A stretch of 63,644 nucleotides of DNA, filler included, from Folioceros fuciformis (lineage: Eukaryota), in NCBI GenBank assembly GCA_049999805.1. It is 3 parts of 2 records of this genome, joined end to end, with 100 filler letters (N's around TTAATTAATTAA, not from the genome) between each part and the next. Parts side by side here need not be neighbours in the genome. Positions count along the whole stretch, not along the records: positions 1 to 30,216 come from JBNGIO010006328.1; positions 30,317 to 51,243 come from JBNGIO010006328.1; 1 more part is not named here. One strand, written 5' to 3'. The notes beneath the pieces were generated by a model, which ran no database searches, had not been told where the DNA came from, and saw only the letters and a program-made list of their open reading frames with translations. The position numbers were made by a program, and so were the translations under genes. How positions within the stretch are numbered: position 1 is the first letter of the stretch; every line of letters starts with the position of its first letter. This document shows, in pieces, positions 22,976 through 36,270 of this stretch.

Positions 22976-24318
22976 ATGGGGGAATTGGAGGAAACTACAG
23001 AGAAGGTGGCTCCAGAGCCCAACGACGCGGGGACGTCAGTAGAAGATGAGGAAGGGGGTGTGATCTTTGTGCTGGAAAAGGCTTCCTTGGAAGTTGGGAA
23101 AGTTGGCAAGGTATGCGGTGGGGGGCTGCTGGTGCTGATGAGGTGACGAAGAAGACTCAGGCCAGGAATGGATGCTGATATTGCGTGACTCGTGTGTGCA
23201 GGGGTACCAGCTTTTGAATTGCGATGACCATGCCAATTTCTTGCGGTCGCACAAGCGGGACCCTGCCAATTATCGTCCAGACATTGTCCACCAGGTCTTG
23301 CGGCAGAGGCCACTGAGGGGGTTTTGGGCTTCGTGAGATTGCAGACATAGGGTTTACAGTTTATTGATATGGGGGCTTTTGGAATGGAATGGAGCAGGCT
23401 TTGCTGGCTATTCTGGACAGCCCGTTGAATAAAGCAGGGCGGTTGAAGGGGTTGTTTGTGAACACAGACAAGAATGTCCTGATCCAGGTGAACCCTCACA
23501 TTCGTATTCCGCGGACCTTCAAGCGCTTCTGTGGGCTTATGGGTAAGCTTTGTTTTAGGGTGGGGTAGTGTGTTTTTTACCTGCCGACAGTCGAACGTCT
23601 AGGGCAGTCGTCTGACTGATGATTGCTGTGCTGCAGTACAATTGCTAGAAAAGCTAACCATTCGAGCAACAAATGGTCCCGACAAGCTTTTGAGAGTCGT
23701 CAAACAGCCAGTTACACGGCATCTGCCTGTTGGCGCTCGACGTGTTGGTAGGTCCCTAAAAATGCGGACAATGGTGCTAGTCTCGAAGCTTGGGTTTCCT
23801 CATGAAATTTTCTGGGAATTAGCGGGGTTCTAGTTCATTGGAATTGGTTCGGCAAGCTCCTATGCGCGGAGCTCCGCTTGCCTTGGCTCAACTGATGGTC
23901 TCTGATAGTACATGATGGTAACAGGGATGTCGTTTAGTGCACCCAAAGTTGTTGAATTGCGGAGCTACGTCAAAGCAGCGGGCATTAAATCCACTTTAGT
24001 TTTTGTGGTGAGGATATAGGCAAAGCTGCTTTTTTGGTTTCTTTGTGCCTTGCCACTGTCGAACCTTCTAATACTTCAGTACAGGTCGGAGCGATGGCCC
24101 ATGGCAAGATTGAAGCTGATTACACAGATGATCTAGTGTCAGGTATGAAATTTCCTGGACCTTGCATGCATTCCTTCAGTCTTTCACCAGCCTGGGTGTT
24201 GTGTAAGGAGCGCAACCTGAGTGAACACTGTCTTGCAGTTTCGCAGTACCCATTAAGCGCTGCTTGCTGCCTTGGTCGCATCTGCAACGCCCTAGAGCAA
24301 GAATACAAAATCGTCTAG
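22976..24318 (+). CDS. EMG1: 18S rRNA pseudouridine N1-methyltransferase NEP1/EMG1 (multi-exon)
   Basis: Exons encode VIFVLEKASLEVGKVGK, YQLLNCDDH...RPDIVHQ, ILDSPLNKAGRL, NPHIRIPRTFKRFCGLM, VGAMAHG and YPLSAACCLGRICNALE; GT-AG introns. Confidence 0.92.
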
Positions 24319-24784
24319 TCCTGCTGCAATAGCGTGTCTTTGGAGTGCTCTCAGGCCATAGGACGTTGAAACTTCGGAAAGCACCCACCAAGGCTAGTTT
24401 TCTCTAAATGTTTCGGGAAGGTACTGAATGTTATTTCGCAGGCTGAACTGTGTACTCTAAGTGCATCGGGGTGGTGATGGTCACCGTGTATTATGGTACG
24501 ACTGTGCATCAAACTGGTGATGGTCACCGTGTATCATGGTAGGATTGTGATTTGGTGTACTGGTGTACTGAAGGAACTGCAAATTTGTCCAGATACATCG
24601 TTCCCGAATACTTGGTGAATCACACAACACCTAAGATCATACGATGAAAATCAACCAAGCTTACACATACCGGCTATGCAAGAAAGTCCGCTTTCGCAAA
24701 ATTCTCATGACGCCAAAACCCTTGGGCCCACAAGGAAGCATCGAATGACAATTACAAAGGTGAACTGCACAAACTAAAGTTAAC

Positions 24785-25747
24785 CTAATCGAATAGACTG
24801 AAACCCATATCCTCGTCCGACACTTCCTCAGGTTCCGCCTTTTCTTCTTCCTTCGCCGCCGCAGCAGCGGGTGCAGCAGCTGCCGATGTCTCCGCCGGAG
24901 CCGCGGCCACTGCAAATTTGCTTGGGTCCTTCAAGTACTCCTTCACCTTCTCCGCCTGAGGAAATGAGTACCCTGTCTCGATTGCGATGGCCAACACGTT
25001 CTTGTAGCTGTTCACGAAGAAGTGTGGTGCTGCTGCCAGCGTCGGATAGTTCAGACCCAGAGAAAGTGCTGCCACTGTCGAGATTCCAGCAGTGAGCTTG
25101 TTCATCAAGTCATCTTCTGTCAGATCCAACACCGCAGGATCGAACACCGACCCATTGTCGAAGATGCTCTGAACCACAAGCCCGTATGAGAAAGGACGGA
25201 TTCCCAGCTTGGCCAACAGCGCTGCCTCAGAAGACCCGACTTTGTCACCCTTCTTGATCAGCTCCACGGGGGCGATGATTTCCACAGTCCCCTTGTTAAT
25301 CTTCGTGGGAATGTTGAGCACCTGGAAGAAGGAAGTCTGGGAGGGATCCAGCCCAGTGTTTCCCGGAGGAACCACCACATCGATGGGTGCTACAAGACCC
25401 ACACGGGCAGGTGCTCCCACCTTGTACTTAGCAACCTCCTCCCTCACCTCCTTCAAATCACCCTTAGTGAAGATCAGACCAACATTACCCACCAGCAACG
25501 GAATCAAATTCAAAATAGTTAGGTTCTCGGTCTTCTCAGAGTGAAGACGAATGGTCCTCTTCATCATCGTGTTTTTCCCCATCAACACCACAGACTCAGG
25601 CCTCAACCCCTTCCTGATGGCCTGCAGCTGATTGGAGCCGACATTGTCAGCAGCACAAATCAGGACCTGATTATATTCCTCCAACAGGTCGCACATCTTC
25701 CTGTCGTAAGCCCCTTTCTTCTCCTTCTTGGTGCCCTTGAAACCCAT
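24785..25747 (-). CDS. RPP0: 60S acidic ribosomal protein P0 (uL10), intact
   Basis: Full-length with Ala-rich hinge and terminal [14 protein letters not shown]; probable 5'UTR intron with acceptor near 25753. Confidence 0.97.
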   Translation of the reverse strand: MGFKGTKKEKKGAYDRKMCDLLEEYNQVLICAADNVGSNQLQAIRKGLRPESVVLMGKNTMMKRTIRLHSEKTENLTILNLIPLLVGNVGLIFTKGDLKEVREEVAKYKVGAPARVGLVAPIDVVVPPGNTGLDPSQTSFFQVLNIPTKINKGTVEIIAPVELIKKGDKVGSSEAALLAKLGIRPFSYGLVVQSIFDNGSVFDPAVLDLTEDDLMNKLTAGISTVAALSLGLNYPTLAAAPHFFVNSYKNVLAIAIETGYSFPQAEKVKEYLKDPSKFAVAAAPAETSAAAAPAAAAAKEEEKAEPEEVSDEDMGFSLFD

Positions 25748-26073
25748 TGCTCCTGCAAATGACAAGGTACTAAAGTTAGCTTCAGTAGAATAGTGCGAAA
25801 CAGAGATATCATTCTATCTGTACATAGTGACTGATAACGGATTAGGAGGACCCGAAAACGCAGCACTACCTTCAAGAGTTTACCTGTTAGCCAGTTGTGC
25901 CTACAGCGTGGTCTAGCTAAAAAGCAAGCATAAGATACTCGGAAAGCTGAGCAACAAATCAAAACACTACCACACCTGGTTAGAAGGATCCTGGAAGGCC
26001 CTGGCAAACAGACGCTCCGCTTCACCGACAAAGGATACAAGATCAATTCCTCGAACTACGTACTGCAAGCAAC

Positions 26074-26135
26074 TGGGGGCCAAGCCGAGCGTAGTCGGAC
26101 AAGGCGGGCAGCCTCACTGCCACTTTAACCCCAGA
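26074..26135 (-). promoter_or_regulatory. Conserved structured element in RPP0 5' leader (copy 2)
   Basis: CTGGGGTTAAAG-TGGCAG(TGAGG)CTGCC-CGCCTT-GTCCGA(CTACGC)TCGG-CTTGGCCCCCAG, just upstream of a probable GTACGT splice donor. Confidence 0.65.
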
Positions 26136-26352
26136 GTAAGAGATGCGCTGACGAAGGGAGAGCGCAAAGCCGCAGCGAGAAAGAGACCTAGTTGAAGGCT
26201 CCCCCAACAATTTCAACAGCCAATATTTAGGGTTTTGAGGTTCGTGTCCTCGAGCCCTAATCCTTACGATTTCGACAGCCGATATGTAGGATTTTGGCGA
26301 ACTCTCTCAAAACACGAAACTTCACCCAAGGTACCAGCGTGGACTTGGAGAC

Positions 26353-28295
26353 ATGGCTAAGGGAAAGCGTAAACGTGAGGATGATGAAGACGACGATGGA
26401 GATGATAACACAGGGAAGAAGGCCGTGCTTCCCTCGCAAATTAAGAATAAGGATCGGAGAGCTGCTGCTTATGCAAAGCTAAAGAACGCGAAGAAAAGGG
26501 ATAAGCAGAAGGCTCAGCAGGCTCGCCTGGCTGCTGAAAGGGAGGCGGAAGAGCTTGGCGAAGCGGTAAGCTGCTGGAGGGTTTATGGGGGTTCAGCAGT
26601 TGTTGTAGCTGCAAGGCGTTCTGATGGGTGATGGGTTTTGCAGCCTCCGGTAAGGCAAATTCCACGGACCATAGAGAACACTAGGGAGCCAGATGAGACA
26701 ATCGCGCTGCCAGATGATGAGGAGGTGGGTTTAGGGTTGTGGGGACTCAATGTGATGAATTTTTCTTTGATCTGACTAGCTACCGAATAGAAGGCTGACA
26801 GAGGGATTTTTCAGCTCCATGCGGATGACGCAACCGATGAATTCAGTGCTCATTTCTCACGAGCTCGGGACTCGAAATTGCTCATCACGACTTCCAGGGA
26901 GTGCTCAAACGTGAGACTATGATATGCCGTTGCCCAGTGGTTTCGTATGGTGCTGTTGGTTTTTGTTCGCGGTGCTGGACAGGCGGCTTAGCTCACACGG
27001 TGTTGGCTTCTAATGTAGCCCACCCGGAAGTTCATCTTGGAACTGCTAAGGGTCATTCCACACGCTTATTACTACAAGCGCGGGAGCTATGAATTGAAGC
27101 AGGTGAACAGTTTTATCGGACTTCACCCCTCCCCTTTCATTATATCATACTTCTCACTGGCTCACCGTGGTTCGGTGACATGTCGCAGATTGTAAAGTAT
27201 GCAAAGAATCGAGATTTTTCTGGCATCATGGTGATAAACGAAAATCGCAAAGAGCCCAGTATGTCACTAGACTATGAGGGAAAACAGTCTCTGGCTATTA
27301 AATTCTTTGGGGGAGCTCATCGTTGTGTTTTTTCCTTGCAACAGATGGTATGCTTCTTATAAATTTGCCAGATGGCCCTACTGCCCAATTTGTTCTCTCT
27401 AACCTTGTGCTCAGCAAGAAAATAAAGGTAGGCTGCTGCGTTCTGGGTTGACGTCCCTGCTACGTGTGGTGTATAGAGAGAAGTTGGTAACTTTCGGTTG
27501 AACTGTAAAATTCAGGGCCATGGGCGGGCAACTAGCCATATACCTGAACTTATTCTGAACAATTTTACAACCCGCCTAGGGCATCGAATTGGCAGGTGTG
27601 GGTTTCATTTGTTTATGGCTCTCTGGGAATTCGCATGACAATTGTACTGCCGTGTCCACAAGTAGATGACAATCTTCTTTGGCCGTGCAGGCTTTTTGCT
27701 TCAGTATTCCCCCAGAACCCCAATTTCAAGGGTCGACGGGTCGTAACTTTTCACAATCAACGTGATTTCATTTTCTTCCGTCATCACAGGTATACGCAAG
27801 GCTCCCTGATGCTGTCTGGTTCGACATATCAAAATGTGCGGTCACAAACTTACTAGCGGTGTTTCAGATATATTTTTGAAACTAAAGAGGTTTTGGACCC
27901 TCTCACCAAGAAGAGCAAAGTAGAAGGGGCTGTGAAGAAGAGAAAGTCTAAAGAGAAGGTCATTTCTCGACTGCAGGTGATCCTCGTAGTTTTTATGTCT
28001 TCTGAGTGTGGCACAGAAAATCCCAAACAACTAGAGACCTAGGAGCTCGTAAGTCGTGCCTGAAGAAATGGATTGGTATTGCAGGAGTTGGGTCCTCGTT
28101 TCACTCTGAAGCTTCAGAGTCTACAGCATGGGACCTTCGACTCTAAGTTCGGTGAATATGAATGGGTTCATAAGGTAATCATGCTAGCGCGACTTGGGGG
28201 CACCTGGCTTTGCTTCGTTTTCAGCTCTATCAACTGATGGATCTCTCCTGTGGCAGCCCGACATGGACACGAGTCGACGGAGATTCTTCCTGTGA
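26353..28295 (+). CDS. RPF1: Ribosome production factor 1 (Brix domain), multi-exon
   Basis: [77 protein letters not shown] and terminal DTSRRRFFL*. Confidence 0.93.
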
Positions 28296-30169
28296 CGTGA
28301 AAAACCAATCAGAAATTGTCTGCTGTTTGGTATCTCGTCTTACAAGGCATTCACACCGGCCACGGGCTATCGAGTCTCTCGCATTGGATTTCAATTTTGC
28401 CTCCTTGAAAAGCTCATCTGCAAACGGAGATCTATGAAAGAAAATCGAGTCATCACCTTGAAGTTTCAGGGGGACCCCAGGCGTCCTCTAAGACGGATCC
28501 CCCAGTAACTCCAGTCGAGATTTCGGTTTGAAACATGAGCCTTAAAATGTGGGAATGTAGAGCACAAAGTCGCGCGGCGCTGCTGATATTGAACAAGTGT
28601 TCAAAGACCAGACCAAGACAAGGTAGAGGGGAAGACTCATAGACGGAAGGATGGAATGAAAGACATGGATGACCTCCTCCCGGAAATGGAGGATGGAGCT
28701 CGAAACTTTGACAAGCACATTGGTATCCCGCTTGTGTATTATGTAGTCTAAAGTTCAGCTGAGTTTCTAAATATACGATTCTAGAAGGTTGCTCATGGGC
28801 TTTCATGTCCCAACGCTGTCAGAGCCTACGCTCGTTGTCCTTGTCCCCGTGAACCTGAGTTGGGCCAGTGAAGAGAGGGACATGCTTACAAACATGCTTA
28901 CAAGTCGTTCCTGGTCTAACCTAACAATGAGGTTAGCACAGTTTTCTAATTAGCTGTGCATTAAAGTTAGCTATGAATTCCTACATGCACTACGGATGAC
29001 TTCGCACTCACCACCAATGTGGGCCAGTGTTCAACTGAACTCTGGCTACCTTGAGTGACAGAGGCCTGCTATCAATCCGTCTCATCCTGTAATCCAAGAT
29101 TACTGTCTCTATCTCTTTTCGTGTATAGTTTTACACCAGATCTCTTTATTGTAATCTATCTTGCACACCCATGTACACTAGCTTCCATCATGCACATCAC
29201 TATCTTGCGTACCTGATCATTTAACAGATTTGGACTCCGTGAAAGGCTTTGAATCGGAGCGACTTAATTCATGCAGCCACCTCCGCACCTCCACTGGCTT
29301 TCACTTCCAAGCTTTCCGAGTCCGTCGACCTAGGAAGCCTGAGGAAGATGTACCTCTACGAACAACGCAAAGCAACAGAAGAGTCTGCACAACCACACTT
29401 CACGTCAGACCACCCAGGAGACTATAGCAAGCCACCCATTCCCGACAGAACAGTAGCATTGTTGGGCATGAGAGATGAAACGCACTGCAAGTGAACCTGA
29501 CCAGATGGTGATGATAAGCAAGACAGTCGGCTCCACACTGATAGCCTGACCTCACCGCCCAGTGTCGTTCACGCAAGTACAGAAACCCCTTGTACCGCTG
29601 ACGCAAGAAGGCCCGATCCCGCACCATTCAGTTCCAAAGCTCCTCTCAAGTCAGCAGTTTCCGGCCTTGCAAAATATGCAGTCAGCGAGTGAACTGGTGT
29701 CGAAGGTCTGCAGATTCTACTTAGCTAGGAATCGGACCTCGGATCCCCCAACTTTAGAGGTGGAGACGAGCAAACTTTAGAGGTGGAGACGAGGTGATGA
29801 CAAAGGGAAATGGCCTCCTCCAAGCCTAGATCCATCGTCGGGCCATCAGTCTTGTCCTGCACATCCAATATCCGACCTGGGCTGCCAACCGTAAGCATCG
29901 CGCGTTAACAATGACAAGTATCGCCGTGTATCATGGGAGCATTGTTATTTGGTATATTTAAGTTAATGTGAATCTTTCTGGCAACTCCGTTCCCGAACAA
30001 TCGGTCAATCACACATCGGCCATGCGTTAGGGGAAAAGTCAACCAGTTTAAAGACACTAGTTGTGAAGGAACTCCTCGTTTGCCCATTCTCATGATGCCA
30101 AAACCCTGGGGCCAACGAGAAACCATCCAATGGTAATTACAAAGGGTCATTGCGCAAAATACAGTCAAA

Positions 30170-30216
30170 CTAATCGAATAGACTGAAACCCATATCCTCG
30201 TCCGACACTTCCTCAG
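30170..30216 (-). CDS. RPP0: 3' end of a third RPP0 copy running into an assembly gap
   Basis: Encodes [14 protein letters not shown] identically to 24785-24831; the adjacent 3'UTR (about 30085-30170) is similar to but diverged from 24700-24785. Confidence 0.75.
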
Positions 30217-30316
30217 NNNNNNNNNNNNNNNNNNNNNNNNNNNNNNNNNNNNNNNNNNNNTTAATTAATTAANNNNNNNNNNNNNNNNNNNNNNNNNNNN
30301 NNNNNNNNNNNNNNNN
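30217..30316. other. Assembly gap with artificial TTAATTAATTAA spacer (same at 51244-51343; plain 100-N gaps at 46451-46550 and about 59575-59673)
   Basis: N-runs flanking a 12-bp stop-in-all-frames linker. Confidence 0.9.
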
Positions 30317-31100
30317 GCGTAATCAAGGGGACTCTGCAGGTCGTACCACAGGGACGTCAAGAGTGGTTTGCTGAGTCGACACGAGTGCAAGCTGCAGCAC
30401 AGTACGAGTGTGGTGCGTGAGAAAGAGGCGGTTGGTTTATATTCGAAGCACAATGCAGCAGCGGCTGCGGAGCCGACTTGTCTGCCTGCCTGCCTGCCTG
30501 CCCGCCCGCCTTCCTTGCTCGCCTGAACTCTCACCCTCGCTCTCGCACGGATGACGCCGCCCGACTCTCTGGGTTTGCCTTTCGGCAAATGAGCGCAGCG
30601 CAGCGCAGGGATGGACTCTGCATCTCCCCCCTTGATGCTGGTCCGGGGGGGAGTGCGAGCTGGAGCGCGAGCTCCAGCACGCTTGTGATGTCCTGTTCTC
30701 CGGGCGGGAACGGGACGGGGGACGGGACGTGAACGCTGCTCTCTGCTGTCCCTGCTTCCCCCGTCCCTCTCCCAGTCCCAGTCCCAGTCCCAGTCCCAGC
30801 TGCTCCTCGCCAGTCCAGGCCGGGCCGGGCCAGGCCAAGTCCCTGCTCCTGCTCCCAAGCCTCCTCGCCTTCTCCTTGCATTGCTCCCTCTGGAGCTCGT
30901 GATGGCAGGCGGAGCGTGGTGTGGGACGCAGTGCAGCGTAAATGAGGTGTGGTTGGAATTTTGATGGGTTTTGCCTTTGCGCGGGTATTGAACGGAAGGG
31001 AGGAAGGAGGGAAGGGAGTGGAGTGGAGTGGAGTGGAGTGGTGTGGAGAGGAGAGGAGAGGAGAGGAAGGAATTGTGGTGTTTGATGCTTTTCTGTGGCC

Positions 31101-34100
31101 ATGGCGGCCAGCAGCTGCGTGCATGTTGTGGTTCCGACGGGAGTGATTGAGGAGGAGCTCAAGGAGTTCATGGAGACGAAGGTCGGGCCGCTCTCGGGAT
31201 GGTCATATAACATCAAGAAGAGGTGTTTGTCGAGCAGGGATGTCGGCTACGCGTTGCTGCAGTTTACGGACCAGAGGCTCGCGGGGAAGGCTTGCGAGCT
31301 CTCGGCGGACAACAAGCTGCATCTCAGGGGCGGGAATTTGACGGTGACGCGCACCAGGTACGACATCAAGCAGGGCCCGTCTTACGGAATGGAGCGGTGG
31401 GGGAGCGGGACCTTCCATGGCGGTTGTCTTGTGTCCGATACCGATTTCAAGCTTATGTGGGATCCGGAGGTGGCCGCGGTCACGGAGTTCGATTTCCGTG
31501 CTAAATTGTTGCGCCTTGTGTTTAAACTTAAGTGCGAGGAGGACTGCGAGTGCAAGCTGGAATTTCCGTTTAACCAGCTGCATCTCACTGCACTTGCGCT
31601 GCGGAAGGAGCAGTACAAGGCCTTGTTCAAGCTGCAACACCTGCCTACTTCTACCGAACACTTCAAGGCGTTTCTGTTGAAGGTGATTTCGTTTCCTGCT
31701 CCTTCATTTCCTGCCTGCTGCTTCCCCTCTGTTGTGCTGTCCCCGCTGTTTTCCTGCTAGTTGCTTCGCCTCCTTTCCCTGCATTTTTCATTTTCCCAGT
31801 TCCCCTGCTATTTTCCCGCAGCTTCCTGTTTTGTTCACGATGGCTGATTCCCTCTGCGTCTCCTGCTTCACCCTCCCTCTGCTTCTCCTCCTGCGGTGTC
31901 TGTGGCATTTACCTGCCACTGAAACTGGCTGGCTGTCAAGCTGCAGCCAGATTGGGCTCCGCAAGTTTTCAAGCGATCTTGTAGGGAGTTGGTGCCGCCG
32001 CCAAAAGAGTCCCTGCTCAATTCTATCCATGAGTTTTGCGACGCCAAGACCTTCCACAATGTTGGAGGGCCTGAGGAGGTCTGGACCAGAATGGGAGATC
32101 TGCTTCCCGACTACCCCATTGCACAGTGTCGTCAGTTTCTGGTGCTTGTCTCCAATGTTTCTGACGAGGAGAGCAAGAAAGTTTTGGAGATGCTTGGAGA
32201 TTATGCGGTGGTGGCCCCTGCAGGAAGGCAAGCGTTGGAGACCCAAGTGCATCTCTACTATGCTTTTAAACAGCCATTTGGGCCTGTGCTCGGCTCTCCG
32301 CACATGAATGCACTTCCGTTTGAGCTGTATTTCAAGCTCCATAGCTTGGTACATTTTGGGACATTGGCGGCACCGAGCTTGACACCACAGTTTCTGGCCA
32401 TGATCCGGCCCTCTTATGATTCTCCTGTAGAGTGGACTATGCAGGCTTTAGAGGAGATGGGCACTGAGGAGGGCCTTGTGTCTAATCCGATGACGTATGT
32501 TCGTGATGCACTCGATAAAATGAGTCAGGAGGCAACCTCATTGAAAGCTCCTGTGGAGCACCGATCTCGCACCCACTATGGCCACCATGTCTGGGTTCGG
32601 CGTATGTTTGTCACTCCATCCAGGATTCTGTTGTACGGACCTGAGCTAGAGCCCTCTAATCGGGTCACTAGGCAGTTCGTGAAGCACATCGACTGCTTCC
32701 TTCGTGTCGTCTTTGTGGAGGAGGATTTGAGCCCGCTGCAGTATCAAGCGTTGGCTAAGCCCATAAAGAGCTTTGATTCGAATCTCCTCCCTGAGTCTAC
32801 GGCAGTACACCAGAGGATGAAGAAAATAATGGACGGGTTCTGGATTGCTGACAAGAGGTTCGAGACTCTTGCCTTCTCAACTAGTCAGCTTCGGGAGAAG
32901 TCACTTTGGATGTTTGCAGCTCCCAATTCTGAAGTAACTTGTGAAACTATCAGGAAATTCATGGGGGATTTTGGTATGATTCGGAATGTGGCCAAGTATG
33001 CTGCGCGCATGGGGCAGTGCTTCTCTGCAAGCACTCCTACTTACGATGTCCCCACTAGTCAGGTAGAGCGTATTTCAGATATTTTCACCACGCGTAACGG
33101 TATCACGTACAACTTCTCGGATGGCATTGGTAAGATATCACTTGTCTTTGCCAGGGAAGTTTCCAGAAAGTGTGGATTCATCAAGTGCGATGGCAGAGTT
33201 CCTTCCGCCTATCACATCCGTTATGGTGGCTATAAGGGCGTTGTTGCACAAGATCCTACTGTAGAGTCCAACATGACACTCTTTCTCCGGGACAGTATGT
33301 GTAAGTTTGAGTCTACTCATACTGGGTTTGAAGTGATTAAATGCAGTACGGCAAAGCCATGCCACCTCAATCGTCAGATAATCACATTACTGTCTACTCT
33401 CGGCATTCCAGATGAGACCTTTGAAGACATGCTGAAGTATGTGCTAGGGGAGCTGGATGCCATGCTGCATGATCCAGCTAGGGCTCTGCAGTTCTACTCC
33501 GGTGATATGCTAGCTTGCTTGCTCAACGTTGGGTTCGATCCTTCACTTGACCCACACTTAATGGGCGTGCTGCGAACCATGCGTGCATCACAACTTTTGG
33601 ATCTGCGGAAGAAGGCACGTATCCCAGTGAGGAAGGGTAGGATGATGCTAGGTTGTCTTGATGAGGCACGAACTCTGCAGGGTGGCGAAGTCTTCATTCA
33701 AATTTCTCCTCTGGCTACAGATTGTGGTGTGATGATAGACGGCACTCTGTCTCCAGTAATTGTAGATGGAAAAGTTTCGACTTACATTGTCACAGGGGAT
33801 GTAATTGTCACCAGGAGTCCTTGCCTGCACCCTGGGGATATCCGACGGTTGAATGCTGTAGATAACCAACGTTTGCGGCATATGGTGGATTGTGTGGTGT
33901 TTCCTCAAGTCGGCACCAGGTACTTTCTCCTCAGGAAGGAGGACCGCATGAACGCTGGCCCTCTATTTTTCTTCCCTTCATGCTTCTTGATGTTGTCTTA
34001 AATTCTAATAAACTGCCATCTATGATCAGGCCTCACCCCAGCGAATGTTCAGGTGGAGATTTGGATGGAGATGAGTATCATGTAATCTGGGACCCTCGCC

Positions 34101-35077
34101 TGATTCCTTCAAGAATGGATGAACCTATGGACTACAAACCACCCCCGGAGACAAAATTGGATCATATACCTACGATTCAGGTACTGCTCAGAGACCTGTT
34201 GAAATTGAAAATTACCCGGTAGGTAGGGCTTGAAGAAGCGATCTGATGGCCTCCCCACTTCATGCAGGACATCAAAACTTTCCATGCAGATTCTTCTTTG
34301 AACCCGGCACTTGGTGTCATTACGAATGCGCATGTTGTGATGGCAGACAAATCTCCTGCCCGAGCTCGAGACAAACGGTGTCTGCAACTTGCAGAGTTGT
34401 GTTCAATTGCAGTCGATTTTCCAAAAACAGGTATTCCAGCTTATTTACCAATGGACCTGAAACCCAAAGAGTACCCAGATTTTATGGAAAAGGAGCACAC
34501 AGAGATAACGTATGAGTCCACCACTATCTTGGGAAAGCTCTGGAGGCAGGTCAAACATTCAGGACGGGAGTTACTTCCGGAGTTTCTCTCTCCGACAAAG
34601 GAGTCTGTATCTCGAGCCTTTAGTCCCTCTTTTGTTGTAGATGGGTATCAGGACTATCTAGAGATCGCTGAAATCCACAAGAACTGGTACGACAAGAAGC
34701 TGATAGGATTGATGAATCGGTATGGAGTCAAGAATGAGTCTGAGATCTATTCAGGTTTCATTTTAGGTGTCTCTCCTCGATATAAGAAGCGGGGTGCGGA
34801 CGAAAAGGAGAGGATTGCTGGGGTTATGAAAGAACTCTCTAACGAGGCAAGGAAGACCTTCGAAGACGATAAGGGCAACGAAGAGGCGGCCAATGCAAAG
34901 GTGTCGGCCTATTATTATGTAACTTACCACGAGACGTATTACGAGAAGAATTTGTCAGCGAGCGGTTCTAATGTGCATCTGCTGAGTTTCCCGTGGGTGT
35001 TTTGGGAGCGGCTCGTGAGCATCACGAGATCCAAAGGTGCCGCAGCTGGATCTCATGCGACCTCTTTCCAAGCATGA
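31101..35077 (+). CDS. RNA-dependent RNA polymerase, alpha clade (RDR1/RDR2-like), 4 exons
   Basis: N-terminal RRM-like region; motifs ELEPSNRVTR, AFSTSQLREKSLWMF, KYAARMGQCFS, FSDGIGKIS, IRYGGYKGV, PCLHPGDIR and catalytic CSGGDLDGD; introns at about 31683-31940, 33920-34029 and 34181-34268. Confidence 0.93.
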
Positions 35078-35814
35078 TGTGTAGACGTGGAATAGATACT
35101 TGAGTAGAAACTAGTCTCTCTGTCGGCTGGGAAGGTTCTCCCAGGATTTTGAAACTGACTGTATCCCAATTCATCTTTTCCTTGATAGATGACTCTCTGT
35201 GGGTGACATCATGCATTCCTGAACACTAAGATGGGTGTAGTCTAATTGCAAACGCCTGCGTGGGCCACAACTGATTCCTTTGCATACTCTCCCTGTGATT
35301 TAGTGCATTAGGCAGAAGAAATGTGTACTTCAAACTTTAGCCATTTCAAACCTGCAGATTTTTCCTTCTGAACTAACTAATGACATCGAGCTCGGAGCAC
35401 CCTCGTTGTAGACCTAATACCCTTTCTACGCCATCCGGCTGTTTCAAAGTGGTACCCTGAATCAAACTCCCGCCATTTCCTAGTGATAACGTGGTTTCCT
35501 GCACGGTTATTGGCTAAATACCCTCTTCACGCATTTTGATTAATTTTTTTATGTCTTTATTATTATTTAGCATTATATCCCGGTCCCCACAGTGAAAATC
35601 CATTCCAAAAGACTTTGATGACATTTTTTTCCTCCTCTACCAACTAAACTAATGCTTTGCAATAACCTTAGAACTTGGCTCCAACAAACTCCAAACGTTG
35701 GTGACCAGCCTTGCAGCTTTGTATCCTTTGTATAGTAAGGAGGCAAAGGTATTTTCTATTATTGAAGAAGAGTGGAAAGTCCCATCTACTCCAAAGATTG
35801 GAGGAATAACCGAG

Positions 35815-36270
35815 GTAGGGCCGAAGATCAATCGGGGAAAAATCTTTAAAAGATCAATTGGGGATATCTTTAAAAGACCAATCCAATCGGGAAAATCTTT
35901 AAAAGACCAATCCAATCGGGGAAATCTTTAAAAGACCAATCCAATCCAAGAGATCTTTAAAAGACGAATCGGGGAAATCTTTAAAAGACCAACCGAGGTA
36001 GAGGTAAGGCCGAAGACCAATCAGGGCAATCTTTAAAAGATTGGGGAAATCTGTAAAAGACCAACCAAGGTAGGGCCGAAGACCAATTGGGGAAATCTTT
36101 AAAAGACCAACCGAGGTAGGACCGAAGACCAATTGGGGAAATCTTTAAAGACCAACCGAGGTAGGGTCTAAGACCAATCAGGGCAATCTTTAAAAGACCA
36201 ACTAGGGCAGGGCCAAAGACCAACTCAAGCAAGACCAAAGACCAACTCAAGCAAGACCAAAGACCAACCA
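35815..36270. repeat. Complex tandem minisatellite (core AATCGGGGAAATCTTTAAAAGACC and variants)
   Basis: Many imperfect short units, some with GAGGTAGGGCCGAAGACC spacers. Confidence 0.85.

Noticed and set aside
25760-26060. Possible intronic snoRNA in the RPP0 5' intron
   Set aside because: No convincing C/D or H/ACA box pair at a suitable spacing.
28453-29900. Short ORFs and small direct repeats between RPF1 and the third RPP0
   Set aside because: No recognisable domain or consistent gene structure.
30261-30272. TTAATTAATTAA between N-runs (also at 51288)
   Set aside because: Artificial scaffolding linker, not biological.
30265-31216. ORFs with WDWDWD and GLGLGL repeats
   Set aside because: Products of microsatellites ((CCCAGT)n, (GGAGT)n, (CTGC)n) upstream of the RDR gene.
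35815-36270. Repeat array that could be mistaken for a CRISPR array
   Set aside because: Units are irregular with repeated rather than unique spacers; no cas genes; eukaryotic context.
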